The notes beneath the pieces are model-generated. The model did no database searches, was not told the DNA's origin, and saw only the letters and a program-made list of their open reading frames with translations. From assembly GCA_965261435.1 (NCBI GenBank), contig CBDHDL010000021.1, forward strand, positions 4,379,950 through 4,443,949: DNA of 64,000 nt. Direction: 5' to 3'. Within the stretch, counting starts at the first letter, position 1. Each line of letters begins with the position of its first letter. Origin of the DNA: Candidatus Poribacteria bacterium (GTDB lineage Bacteria; Poribacteria; WGA-4E; WGA-3G). Made by a program: the position numbers and the translations under genes. Positions 29,453-37,359 of the stretch are shown here, piece after piece.

Positions 29453-30307
29453 ATGTTTAAAAACCTAAGTACAGGAGCAATTGGTATTCACGCAAATATG
29501 AAAGAGGGATTAGCGTTAGCCAAAAATGCAGGATTTGAAGGGTTGGACCTAAATATAGGTGAAGCACACCAACTTGCTGAAGAACACTCTGTTGACTATG
29601 TTAATGATCTATGGCAAGAAGCAGATATAAAAATGGGAGGATGGGGTTTTGGGGTGAACTGGCGCGGTTCTGATGCAGATTACTACGCAGGCTTAGCACA
29701 GTTACCCGCACGTGCAGAACTTGCCGCAAAACTCGGTTGTTACCGATCTACTACCGTCGTTGGACCTGCCTCAAACGATATAACATTCAAGGAGAATTGG
29801 GATTTCTCTGTCAAACGTCTACGTCCAGTCGCTGAAATCCTTAACGAATATAATCATTCTATTGGGCTTGAATTCATCGGGCCTGCGACAAGTCGTAAGT
29901 CTGCTAAACATCTTTTCACCTATTCTATGGATGCAATGTTAGGACTGGCAGCTGCTATAGGAACAGGTAATGTAGGTTTGCTTTTTGATACTTGGCATTG
30001 GTACACATGTCGTTCAACAGTTGACGATGTGCGAAAACTTTCCGCGACAGATGTCGTTTATGTACACATCAATGATGCTCCCGCGGGGATTGATCCTTAT
30101 GAACAGATTGACAACATCCGTTGTCTTCCAGCAGAGACAGGAGTAATTCCACTCACTGAACTAATCAAAATACTCTCAGAAATTGGTTATGATGGACCAG
30201 TCACACCAGAACCGTTCAGTAAAAAAGTGAACGATATGGAACCCTCAGATGCTGCAAAAGCAACAGCAGAATCTCTTAATCAAGTCTGGGATAATGCGGG
30301 ATTATAA
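29453..30307 (+). CDS. sugar phosphate isomerase/epimerase (xylose-isomerase-like TIM barrel)
   Basis: AP_endonuc_2/TIM-barrel pattern ('LEFIGPA...', 'HINDAP'). Confidence 0.65.
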   Translation: MFKNLSTGAIGIHANMKEGLALAKNAGFEGLDLNIGEAHQLAEEHSVDYVNDLWQEADIKMGGWGFGVNWRGSDADYYAGLAQLPARAELAAKLGCYRSTTVVGPASNDITFKENWDFSVKRLRPVAEILNEYNHSIGLEFIGPATSRKSAKHLFTYSMDAMLGLAAAIGTGNVGLLFDTWHWYTCRSTVDDVRKLSATDVVYVHINDAPAGIDPYEQIDNIRCLPAETGVIPLTELIKILSEIGYDGPVTPEPFSKKVNDMEPSDAAKATAESLNQVWDNAGL

Positions 30308-30336
30308 ATCTATTTTCTAATGACTAAAAGGGAAAC

Positions 30337-31143
30337 GTGCAATTAATCAATAAAGAGAACATCCTTGCAATGACACATAGTTGGGAAGGGGATCGATTTC
30401 CTGATGGTCGTCCTCGTGTTCCTGATGACATCATTAAACGCATGAAAGCTATAAGTATTGAACAAGCATGGGGTGTTTTAAACGGAAATGGCTATAAGTT
30501 TCAATTTGCTGGTGATTGGGTAAATTTACATCCAGATAGAATTTTGGTCGGTAGAGCTGTTACATGTGCTTTCGTTCCAATACGTCCGGATCTAAACGAT
30601 GCTGTATCAACACAAGGTGAAAAGGACAAACGTGTTGGAGGACAGAATTCCTGGGTAATTGACACACTCGTTCAAGATGATGTTATTGTGGTTGACCTCT
30701 TTGGAAAAGTAAAAGATGGGACGTTTGCAGGTGATAATTTAGGAAATTCAATATACGCAAAAACTGGGACTGGTATGGTAATAGATGGAGGAATCCGTGA
30801 TTTAGATGGTATCTATGAGTTACCTAATTTCGCCACTTTTGTTAGAGGCGTTGATCCTACCGGTATCGCTAATGTAACATTAACCGGTATTAACATACCA
30901 ATACGCATAGGTGAAGCGACCGTTTTACCGGGGGATATTGTTTTGGGTAGACGAGGTGGTGTAATCTTTATTCCTCCGCACTTTGCACAGCAGGTGGTTG
31001 AGAGAGGGGAAGAGGTACAACTACGTGATCGATTCGGTCATCAACGATTACGTGAAGGTATATACACCCCTGGAGAGATAGATCGTAAATGGTCAGAAGA
31101 AATTGAGAAGGACTTTATTGACTGGAAGACTGCACAGGAATAG
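30337..31143 (+). CDS. RraA-family protein (4-hydroxy-4-methyl-2-oxoglutarate aldolase / oxaloacetate decarboxylase-like)
   Basis: 'DDVIVVDLFG...AGDNLGNSIYAKTGTGMVIDGGIRDLDGI' matches the RraA/MenG-like pattern. Confidence 0.55.
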   Translation: MQLINKENILAMTHSWEGDRFPDGRPRVPDDIIKRMKAISIEQAWGVLNGNGYKFQFAGDWVNLHPDRILVGRAVTCAFVPIRPDLNDAVSTQGEKDKRVGGQNSWVIDTLVQDDVIVVDLFGKVKDGTFAGDNLGNSIYAKTGTGMVIDGGIRDLDGIYELPNFATFVRGVDPTGIANVTLTGINIPIRIGEATVLPGDIVLGRRGGVIFIPPHFAQQVVERGEEVQLRDRFGHQRLREGIYTPGEIDRKWSEEIEKDFIDWKTAQE

Positions 31144-31179
31144 TATGCTATCAAGTATTAATGACAAAGGAATTGTATA

Positions 31180-31890
31180 TTGCGAGACTATGCAAGTATA
31201 ATTGAGAGAGTAAATCAATTACCCTATCCAGTGATTGAAATTGGAAAGATAGGGGATCTGCCAATATTTCAACTTAAAATTGAATCCATTTCTGATTCAT
31301 ACCAGGACATTCTAATCACCGCAGGAATACACGGAGATGAACCCGCCGGTGTTGAGGCAGCTTTACAATTTGTAGAACGTGACGTTTCTAAACTACAAGA
31401 AGATTTTAGTTTCCTTGTAATCCCTTGTATTAACCCTTACGGTTTTGTTCATGATATGCGTGAAAACTGTGAAGGTGAAGACATTAATCGCGCATTTGAG
31501 AAGGATAATGTTGAAGAGTCAGAAGTCGTAAAATGCACTTTAAATGGAAAACAGTTTGCATTTTCAGTAGATTTTCATGAAGACTATGATGCAAAAGGAT
31601 TTTATCTTTATGAAGGTAATCGGAATCAGCAATATATAGGTCCTAAACTTGTTAGAGCTTGTCTATCAATGGGTCAACTTGATCCTGATGATCCAGGTAA
31701 GGATGCACCTGAGATTTCTAAAGGTGTTTATAGAGTTGCTGAGCATTGGGGGACACAAGGTTTAGCACCGTACCTATTGCATCATCATAGTGCACATGTA
31801 CTGATCTCTGAAACTCCGACAATTTGGAATCTCCAGCAACGCGTTGACTTACATTTAACTTTATTGGATACCGTCTTGACACTGATTTGA
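31180..31890 (+). CDS. succinylglutamate desuccinylase / aspartoacylase (AstE/AspA, M14-like zinc hydrolase) family protein
   Basis: 'ILITAGIHGDEPAGVEAAL' zinc-binding H..E motif. 'DFHED' downstream. Confidence 0.7.
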   Translation: MRDYASIIERVNQLPYPVIEIGKIGDLPIFQLKIESISDSYQDILITAGIHGDEPAGVEAALQFVERDVSKLQEDFSFLVIPCINPYGFVHDMRENCEGEDINRAFEKDNVEESEVVKCTLNGKQFAFSVDFHEDYDAKGFYLYEGNRNQQYIGPKLVRACLSMGQLDPDDPGKDAPEISKGVYRVAEHWGTQGLAPYLLHHHSAHVLISETPTIWNLQQRVDLHLTLLDTVLTLI

Positions 31891-31905
31891 ATGAAAGGAT
31901 TTTGA

Positions 31906-33165
31906 ATGGATTCAGATGAGATTATCTCAAATGTGAATACCGCTTCACATCCATCAGAACTGAAAATTACCGACATGCGAATTGTCAGAACGCAGGTGGG
32001 TGGACCTATCCTTAGATTGGACACAAATCAGGATATACATGGTCTTGGAGAAGTGCGTGATGGGGGAAGTCCAACCTACGCTCTGATGCTGAAAAGTCGC
32101 ATCATCGGTGAAAATCCGTGCAATGTTGACAAAATATTTCGTAAGATAAAACAGTTCGGACACCACGCGAGACAAGGGGGAGGTGTCTGTGGAATCGAAA
32201 TGGCGCTAATGGATTTAGCAGGAAAAGCCTATGGTGTTCCATGTTACCAACTTGCAGGTGGAAAATTCAGAGACAAAATAAGATGTTATAGTGATACTCC
32301 TTCTTTAAAAGATGCAGAACAAATGGGGAAAAAACTCCAGGAACGCATTGACAAAGGATTCACATTTTTGAAAATGGATGTAGGTATTGGACTACTTAGC
32401 GGTATCCCGGGGACACTATCAGCACCTGAAGGAAACCTAAGTTCACATAATCTTAAGCATCCTTTTACAGGTATCAGACTGACAGAAAAAGGCATCAACA
32501 TTCTCTGTGAATATGTAGAAACTGTCAGAGAAATAATTGGATATGAAGTACCGCTTGCTGTGGATCATTTCGGTCATATCGGAATTGAAGATTGTATCCG
32601 ACTTGCAAGGTCATTGGAAAAATACAATCTTGCTTGGTTAGAGGATATGGTGCCGTGGCAATATACAGATCAATATGTACGTCTTTCAAACTCCTGTGCC
32701 ACCCCAATCTGTACAGGAGAGGATATCTACTGCAAAGAGGATTTTTTACCACTGTTTGAAAATAGAGCTATCGCAATTTGTCATCCTGATATAGCAACCT
32801 CGGGGGGCATACTGGAAACAAAGAAGATTGGTGATCTTGCGGAAGAACACGGTATTGCAATGGCACTACACATGGCAGGAACACCTGTATGTGCAATGGC
32901 AAGTGTTCATTGTGCTGCAGCAACATCTAATTTTATGGTCTTAGAAAATCATTCTGTAGACAATCCATGGTGGGATGAAATGGTGACCGGATTACCAAAT
33001 CCTATTATCCAAGATGGATACATTGAAGTACCTGAAACACCCGGATTAGGAATTGAACTCAACGAAGAAATAATCAAAGCACATCTTCATTCGGATGAAG
33101 AAGGTTATTTCTTGCCTACAACAGAATGGGATAACGAACGTTCACATGATAGGTTGTGGAGTTAG
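31906..33165 (+). CDS. enolase-superfamily enzyme (MR/MLE family)
   Basis: Capping domain 'LKITDMRIVRTQVGGPILRLDTNQDIHGLGE'. The barrel has 'FLKMDVG', 'LAVDHFG', 'WLEDMV' and 'CTGED'. Its stop (TAG 33163-33165) overlaps the stop of the convergent cassette gene. Confidence 0.75.
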   Translation: MDSDEIISNVNTASHPSELKITDMRIVRTQVGGPILRLDTNQDIHGLGEVRDGGSPTYALMLKSRIIGENPCNVDKIFRKIKQFGHHARQGGGVCGIEMALMDLAGKAYGVPCYQLAGGKFRDKIRCYSDTPSLKDAEQMGKKLQERIDKGFTFLKMDVGIGLLSGIPGTLSAPEGNLSSHNLKHPFTGIRLTEKGINILCEYVETVREIIGYEVPLAVDHFGHIGIEDCIRLARSLEKYNLAWLEDMVPWQYTDQYVRLSNSCATPICTGEDIYCKEDFLPLFENRAIAICHPDIATSGGILETKKIGDLAEEHGIAMALHMAGTPVCAMASVHCAAATSNFMVLENHSVDNPWWDEMVTGLPNPIIQDGYIEVPETPGLGIELNEEIIKAHLHSDEEGYFLPTTEWDNERSHDRLWS

Positions 33166-33734
33166 GTTAGGCCCCTCGCTTTTAGCAGGACATTTGCTAA
33201 ATTTCTTTCATCATTACATTTGCTTTTACTAATGACATATTCACTACCATTAAATCTAATTTTTTCATGCATTAGTTTCCTATATTGTGATTTGTGAGTA
33301 CCACTACCGTGGAATAGAACAGGCACACAAGTTATAATGATCTTTGCTGGAACAACACTTTTCGCGTAATCAGCGCCGCCACGTAGTTGATCTGCCACAT
33401 CTTTTGCGCTTTTAAAAGTACCACCTTTGTTTTCGATTAAAACTATAACAAGTTGATCGCTGTTCGGACAGATGTAAAAGAGTATTTTGTCACAATGTTT
33501 CCCAGTACTTCCACGTGCATTAAAAGCAAGATCAACATCCACTACTACACGCTCAATTGGTAGTCCACTCATGTCAACACTACATTTATTGCTACTGCAG
33601 GAAGATGTTAGATTTTCTTCACCTACCCTCCTTCGTATTTCATTGAGAGTTTCACTCATTTTTATTTTCTGCGTCCTCATTAAGGAATTGCCGTTCAAGA
33701 TCAACGAAAGTATTATATAAGTGATCAGCAACAT
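33162..33734 (-). CDS. small protein with a PD-(D/E)xK-like nuclease motif; putative effector of cassette 1
   Basis: 'RVVVDVDLAF...CDKILFYICPNSDQLVIVLIENKGG' is a D...ExK core. Its start overlaps the ATPase 3' end by ~80 bp. Its paralog at 35325-35873 has the same architecture. Confidence 0.45.
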   Translation of the reverse strand: MLLITYIILSLILNGNSLMRTQKIKMSETLNEIRRRVGEENLTSSCSSNKCSVDMSGLPIERVVVDVDLAFNARGSTGKHCDKILFYICPNSDQLVIVLIENKGGTFKSAKDVADQLRGGADYAKSVVPAKIIITCVPVLFHGSGTHKSQYRKLMHEKIRFNGSEYVISKSKCNDERNLANVLLKARGLT

Positions 33735-35121
33735 CTTCGTAATCTTTCGGCTCTATACCTTCAATGCGATCAAAAGGTATCTCTTCTACAGGTTTATTAG
33801 ATTGAAACCACCATACACCTACTTCTTCTTTTTGCAATTTGTATGGTATTGCACCCGATTCACCATTGTGTTCTTTCAGTTCACCTTCACGAATTAGATT
33901 GGCGATTTGCTGAAGAAGCCAATCGCTATGCGTTGTTATTATCACACGAACTCCAGCTCGGACCAATCGCGCAAGTGCAACAGCAACCTGTGTTTGTGCC
34001 CTTGGATGCAGATGCGCTTCAGGTTCTTCAATGATGAGTGTATCACCAGGATTAACTAAACTTCGAAGGAATATTACTAAGGGGGTAAGTTCTGATACCA
34101 TTGAGGATGTCCTATTCATCTGTATTGCTTGTTTTGAGTGTTTTGGACAGAAAATGAACTGTGGATATCCGACACCAGCATGTCTGTTTACCATTATTTC
34201 CCCTTGCAAGACCTCGTTTTCGAGTATTTTTGATATTTCAGTTATTTCACTTGAAGACCGTTCACGATCATTGTAATTGATGATATGTTTGAGAAAATCC
34301 GCGATCACGCCAGTAAGCATGGAAATTTCTTGTGAGTGTGCCAATCCAGAACGAGTCGCACGATCCACAAGGCCACTTGTTATTACGCCATGTGTTTCCA
34401 TAATTCCACCTTGAATAGAAGGTAGAAAAAATGTATGGTGTCTTGGCAATTCCGACATTGAAATGCCTAATCGTGAAACTAATTCCAATATATCTGCTTC
34501 ATCTTTTGACTTGTCATTATTGCAGTAAGTAAAGACCATATCTTCGTTAATTTTCTTATTCGTAATGATACCAGACGCAGAACTATAACAATTTATAGAC
34601 CACAGAAATTGGCTCTCATCACTAATTCTTACCTCAAAATTCATCTCATCTTCAGAATTATTCGTGAATCTTCTCAATTCTTCTATGAATTCAAGGTCAA
34701 AACACCTTTTGAGTTCGGTTTCAATCACTTTCGAATTTTCCATATCATCTTTCAACAGTTTCTTAACTATCTGAGGTAAATCTGAAAACTTGAATGTTCT
34801 TCCTATAGTATAGAGTTTGTGAAATGCATCATGAATTTCTTTTTTCACACTGTTTGGATTTGGTACGGATTGATCCTGACCGATGTATTTGGATTCAAAA
34901 CTATGTGGAGTAAAGGGTATCCAAGGAATTCTTGAAAATCCCTCAAATGTCTGTTGTAATGCATAGATTAGAGTAGCAAGATATGTCTTACCAGTATTGC
35001 TTTCACCGACAAACACCGTCAGTGGACGCAAATCTATCTCTGCCTTCTCAATTGGTCCAAAGTTCTCTACTGCTATGTTGATGTTTAGGGGTTTTTGCGC
35101 TATCTCTTCGTGCATTGGCAA
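33652..35121 (-). CDS. ABC-type (AAA_15/AAA_21-like, OLD/PtuA/AriA-like) ATPase of cassette 1
   Basis: Walker A 'VFVGESNTGKTYL'; Q-loop region; 'SSMVSELTPL' signature-like; Walker B/D-loop 'TLIIEEPEAHLHPRAQ'; H-loop 'IITTHSDW'. 489 aa. Confidence 0.75.
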   Translation of the reverse strand: MPMHEEIAQKPLNINIAVENFGPIEKAEIDLRPLTVFVGESNTGKTYLATLIYALQQTFEGFSRIPWIPFTPHSFESKYIGQDQSVPNPNSVKKEIHDAFHKLYTIGRTFKFSDLPQIVKKLLKDDMENSKVIETELKRCFDLEFIEELRRFTNNSEDEMNFEVRISDESQFLWSINCYSSASGIITNKKINEDMVFTYCNNDKSKDEADILELVSRLGISMSELPRHHTFFLPSIQGGIMETHGVITSGLVDRATRSGLAHSQEISMLTGVIADFLKHIINYNDRERSSSEITEISKILENEVLQGEIMVNRHAGVGYPQFIFCPKHSKQAIQMNRTSSMVSELTPLVIFLRSLVNPGDTLIIEEPEAHLHPRAQTQVAVALARLVRAGVRVIITTHSDWLLQQIANLIREGELKEHNGESGAIPYKLQKEEVGVWWFQSNKPVEEIPFDRIEGIEPKDYEDVADHLYNTFVDLERQFLNEDAENKNE

Positions 35122-35147
35122 TTCTCCTTTTCAACGTGTATGTAGAC

Positions 35148-35181
35148 TCTATTATACACGAAAAAAAGGGTAACTGCAAGG
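35148..35181 (-). promoter_or_regulatory. near-consensus sigma70 promoter (TTGCAG-17-TATAAT) driving cassette 1
   Basis: Minus-strand reading: cttgcagttaccctttttttcgtgtataatagag, ~30 bp upstream of the ATPase ATG. Conserved at 37308-37341. Confidence 0.6.
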
Positions 35182-35217
35182 TATGAGAATAGGGAATCAC
35201 CAACATGCGTGTTGGCC

Positions 35218-35328
35218 AAACTCAACGAAGAAGTAATCAAAGCACATCTTCACTCGGATGAAGATGGTTATTTCTTGCCTACAACAGATTGGGATTATGA
35301 ACGTTCACATGATAGGTTGTGGAGTTAA
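35218..35328 (+). repeat. ~108-bp diverged copy (~95% identity) of the 3' end of the enolase-superfamily gene (33058-33165)
   Basis: 'ctcaacgaagaagtaatcaaagcacatcttcactcggatgaagatggttatttcttgcctacaacagattgggattatgaacgttcacatgataggttgtggagttaa' versus 33058-33165. The stop overlap with the cassette-2 small gene is the same as at the 33162-33165 junction. Confidence 0.85.
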
Positions 35329-35873
35329 CTTAATAGTTTCTTCTGTAGTATCTTAGATAATTTTCCCCCGCAGCGGGCAGTAATAATTTCAGACGAGATA
35401 CCTTGAAAACTTATTTGTGATTTGATTTTTCTTAGATGTCTTATTTCGGCTCTACTTAAATGATTGTGATACAATATGGGAATGAAAATTGTTTTGATTC
35501 CTGATGAAACAAAACTTGCTGCATAAGCCGCTCCACTTTTTAATTGCATGACAGCCTTATCTGCCTCGGCATTCTTTCCACCTTTGAGTTCTATTGCTAC
35601 AACAACTAGTCTTTCGGATGAATCAAAATAAAAAATAATGCATTCACATTGACTCTTGCTTTGTTGTCCATGTGGAAATACTTTATCTAAATCTACTACA
35701 ACCCGTTCATTTTCTGATACTCCTGTCAAACCTACACTACAATTCCCTCTTTTGAATGAATTTTTTAAAAACAAGCTCTCTTTACCGATCTGTCCTCTTA
35801 TATTCTCTAATACCTCACTCTTGTTCACTCGTGTTAGCTCCTGCATTTTCTCTGAGTGAGGAACGAAGGTCAA
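35325..35873 (-). CDS. small protein with a PD-(D/E)xK-like nuclease motif; putative effector of cassette 2
   Basis: 'RVVVDLDKVF...CECIIFYFDSSERLVVVAIELKGGKN'. Likely true start at the internal Met (MQELTRVNK...). Overlaps the ATPase 3' end. Confidence 0.45.
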   Translation of the reverse strand: MTFVPHSEKMQELTRVNKSEVLENIRGQIGKESLFLKNSFKRGNCSVGLTGVSENERVVVDLDKVFPHGQQSKSQCECIIFYFDSSERLVVVAIELKGGKNAEADKAVMQLKSGAAYAASFVSSGIKTIFIPILYHNHLSRAEIRHLRKIKSQISFQGISSEIITARCGGKLSKILQKKLLS

Positions 35874-37278
35874 CAGAATGATTGTAGAGATCCTCTGCTA
35901 CATTTCCATAGTCAGGTGGTTCTATTCCATTAACAAGATCAAATTTAATCTCCTCTACAGGTTTGTCAGCATGAAACCACCATGCACCAACTTCTTCAGC
36001 AGTCAAATAAGTCGATGAATCTTGTTGTTTCTGCTCCATTCTCATCAATTCACCCTCGCGAACTAAATTACTAATTTGTTCAAGAAACCAATCACTATGT
36101 GTTGTAATTATAACACGAACTCCAGCTCGGACCAATCTCGAAAGTGCAATGGCAACCTGGGTTTGGGCTCTCGGATGCAGATGTGCTTCAGGTTCTTCAA
36201 TGATCAGTGTATCTCCGCATTTTACATATCTTCGCAGATACAAGACTAAAGGAGTAAGTTCTGATACCATTGAAGAGCATTGACTCATTCGAAGTGCAAT
36301 TTCTGATTGTTTTGGATAGTAGAGATACTCAGGATAACTAACTCCAGCAGGCTTGTTTATTTCAATTCTTCCTTGCAAGACTTCGGTTTCAAGGTATTTA
36401 GCAATGAAATCTATCTTATCTGATAAACCTCTAACTTCGTTATAATTGACGATCTGATTCAGAAAATCTACAATCATTCCCGAAAAAGTTGGTATTTCAG
36501 GGTAAAGTTCAAGTCCGACTTTAGTTGTCCGATTGTAGAGAGCCATAGTAATAATACCATGACTTTGCATGATACCACTTCGCGCAGCAGGTAGGTAGTG
36601 TGAACTTTTTTCTTCTCTTCTGTCTATTCGAAATATTCTTCTAAATTCGTCAAAATCAAGCGGCTCATGTCTACTTTTTCTGTTATCAGTATTAATAACC
36701 ATATCTCCGTTAATCAAACCGTATGCTGTGCTACCTGTCCCATTGTTCTGCATATCAAATGACCATAGAGTTTGGTTAACGTCACTAATATTTAGTGAGA
36801 AACTTAAAACATTGTTTGAGTCTCTTGCTGACCGAATTATCTCTGAAATTGTTTCTAAATCGTAATAGAGTCTAAGTTTCTCTTCAATAGAATCAGTTCT
36901 ATTAAGATCGGATTCCAACATAGTACGCACGCGCTCAGGTAAATCTGAGAATTTGAAGGGACGTCCATGAGTGTTTAATTTCTCAAGAATCTCAAAAATT
37001 TCTCTATCAAGTTTTTCCTGGTTTGATACTTTCCGAGCAACTGGACGGTAAGTAAAAGCTATATTTGATTGTAAACGGTGTGACGATGGAAATTGTGTGA
37101 AACCATCAAAACTTTTATGCAATGAATGAATTAGAGTAGCAAGATATGTCTTACCAGTATTGCTTTCACCGACAAACACCGTCAGTGGACGCAGATCTAT
37201 ATCTGCCTTCTCAATCGGTCCGAAGTTTTCAACTGATATGTTGATTTTAAGGGGTTTTTGATCTTTCTCTTCGTGCAC
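35815..37278 (-). CDS. ABC-type (AAA_15/AAA_21-like) ATPase of cassette 2; paralog of 33652-35121
   Basis: Same motifs ('VFVGESNTGKTYL', 'TLIIEEPEAHLHPRAQ', 'IITTHSDW'). N- and C-terminal thirds are ~90% identical at nucleotide level to cassette 1; the middle is diverged. Confidence 0.75.
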   Translation of the reverse strand: MHEEKDQKPLKINISVENFGPIEKADIDLRPLTVFVGESNTGKTYLATLIHSLHKSFDGFTQFPSSHRLQSNIAFTYRPVARKVSNQEKLDREIFEILEKLNTHGRPFKFSDLPERVRTMLESDLNRTDSIEEKLRLYYDLETISEIIRSARDSNNVLSFSLNISDVNQTLWSFDMQNNGTGSTAYGLINGDMVINTDNRKSRHEPLDFDEFRRIFRIDRREEKSSHYLPAARSGIMQSHGIITMALYNRTTKVGLELYPEIPTFSGMIVDFLNQIVNYNEVRGLSDKIDFIAKYLETEVLQGRIEINKPAGVSYPEYLYYPKQSEIALRMSQCSSMVSELTPLVLYLRRYVKCGDTLIIEEPEAHLHPRAQTQVAIALSRLVRAGVRVIITTHSDWFLEQISNLVREGELMRMEQKQQDSSTYLTAEEVGAWWFHADKPVEEIKFDLVNGIEPPDYGNVAEDLYNHSVDLRSSLRENAGANTSEQE

Positions 37279-37307
37279 TGCTAATCCTCCTTTACAAGGT
37301 GGAAGTA

Positions 37308-37341
37308 GATTCTATTATACACGAAAAATAGGGTAACTGCA
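37308..37341 (-). promoter_or_regulatory. near-consensus sigma70 promoter (TTGCAG-17-TATAAT) driving cassette 2
   Basis: 'ccttgcagttaccctatttttcgtgtataatagaatc' on the minus strand; paralogous to 35148-35181. Confidence 0.6.
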
Positions 37342-37359
37342 AGGTATGAGAATAGGAAA

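Noticed and set aside
33162-37342. Tandem ATPase repeats as a CRISPR-like or simple sequence repeat artefact
   Set aside because: The repeats are whole protein-coding cassettes with diverged middles, not short regular repeats with spacers. No CRISPR array is visible anywhere in the window.
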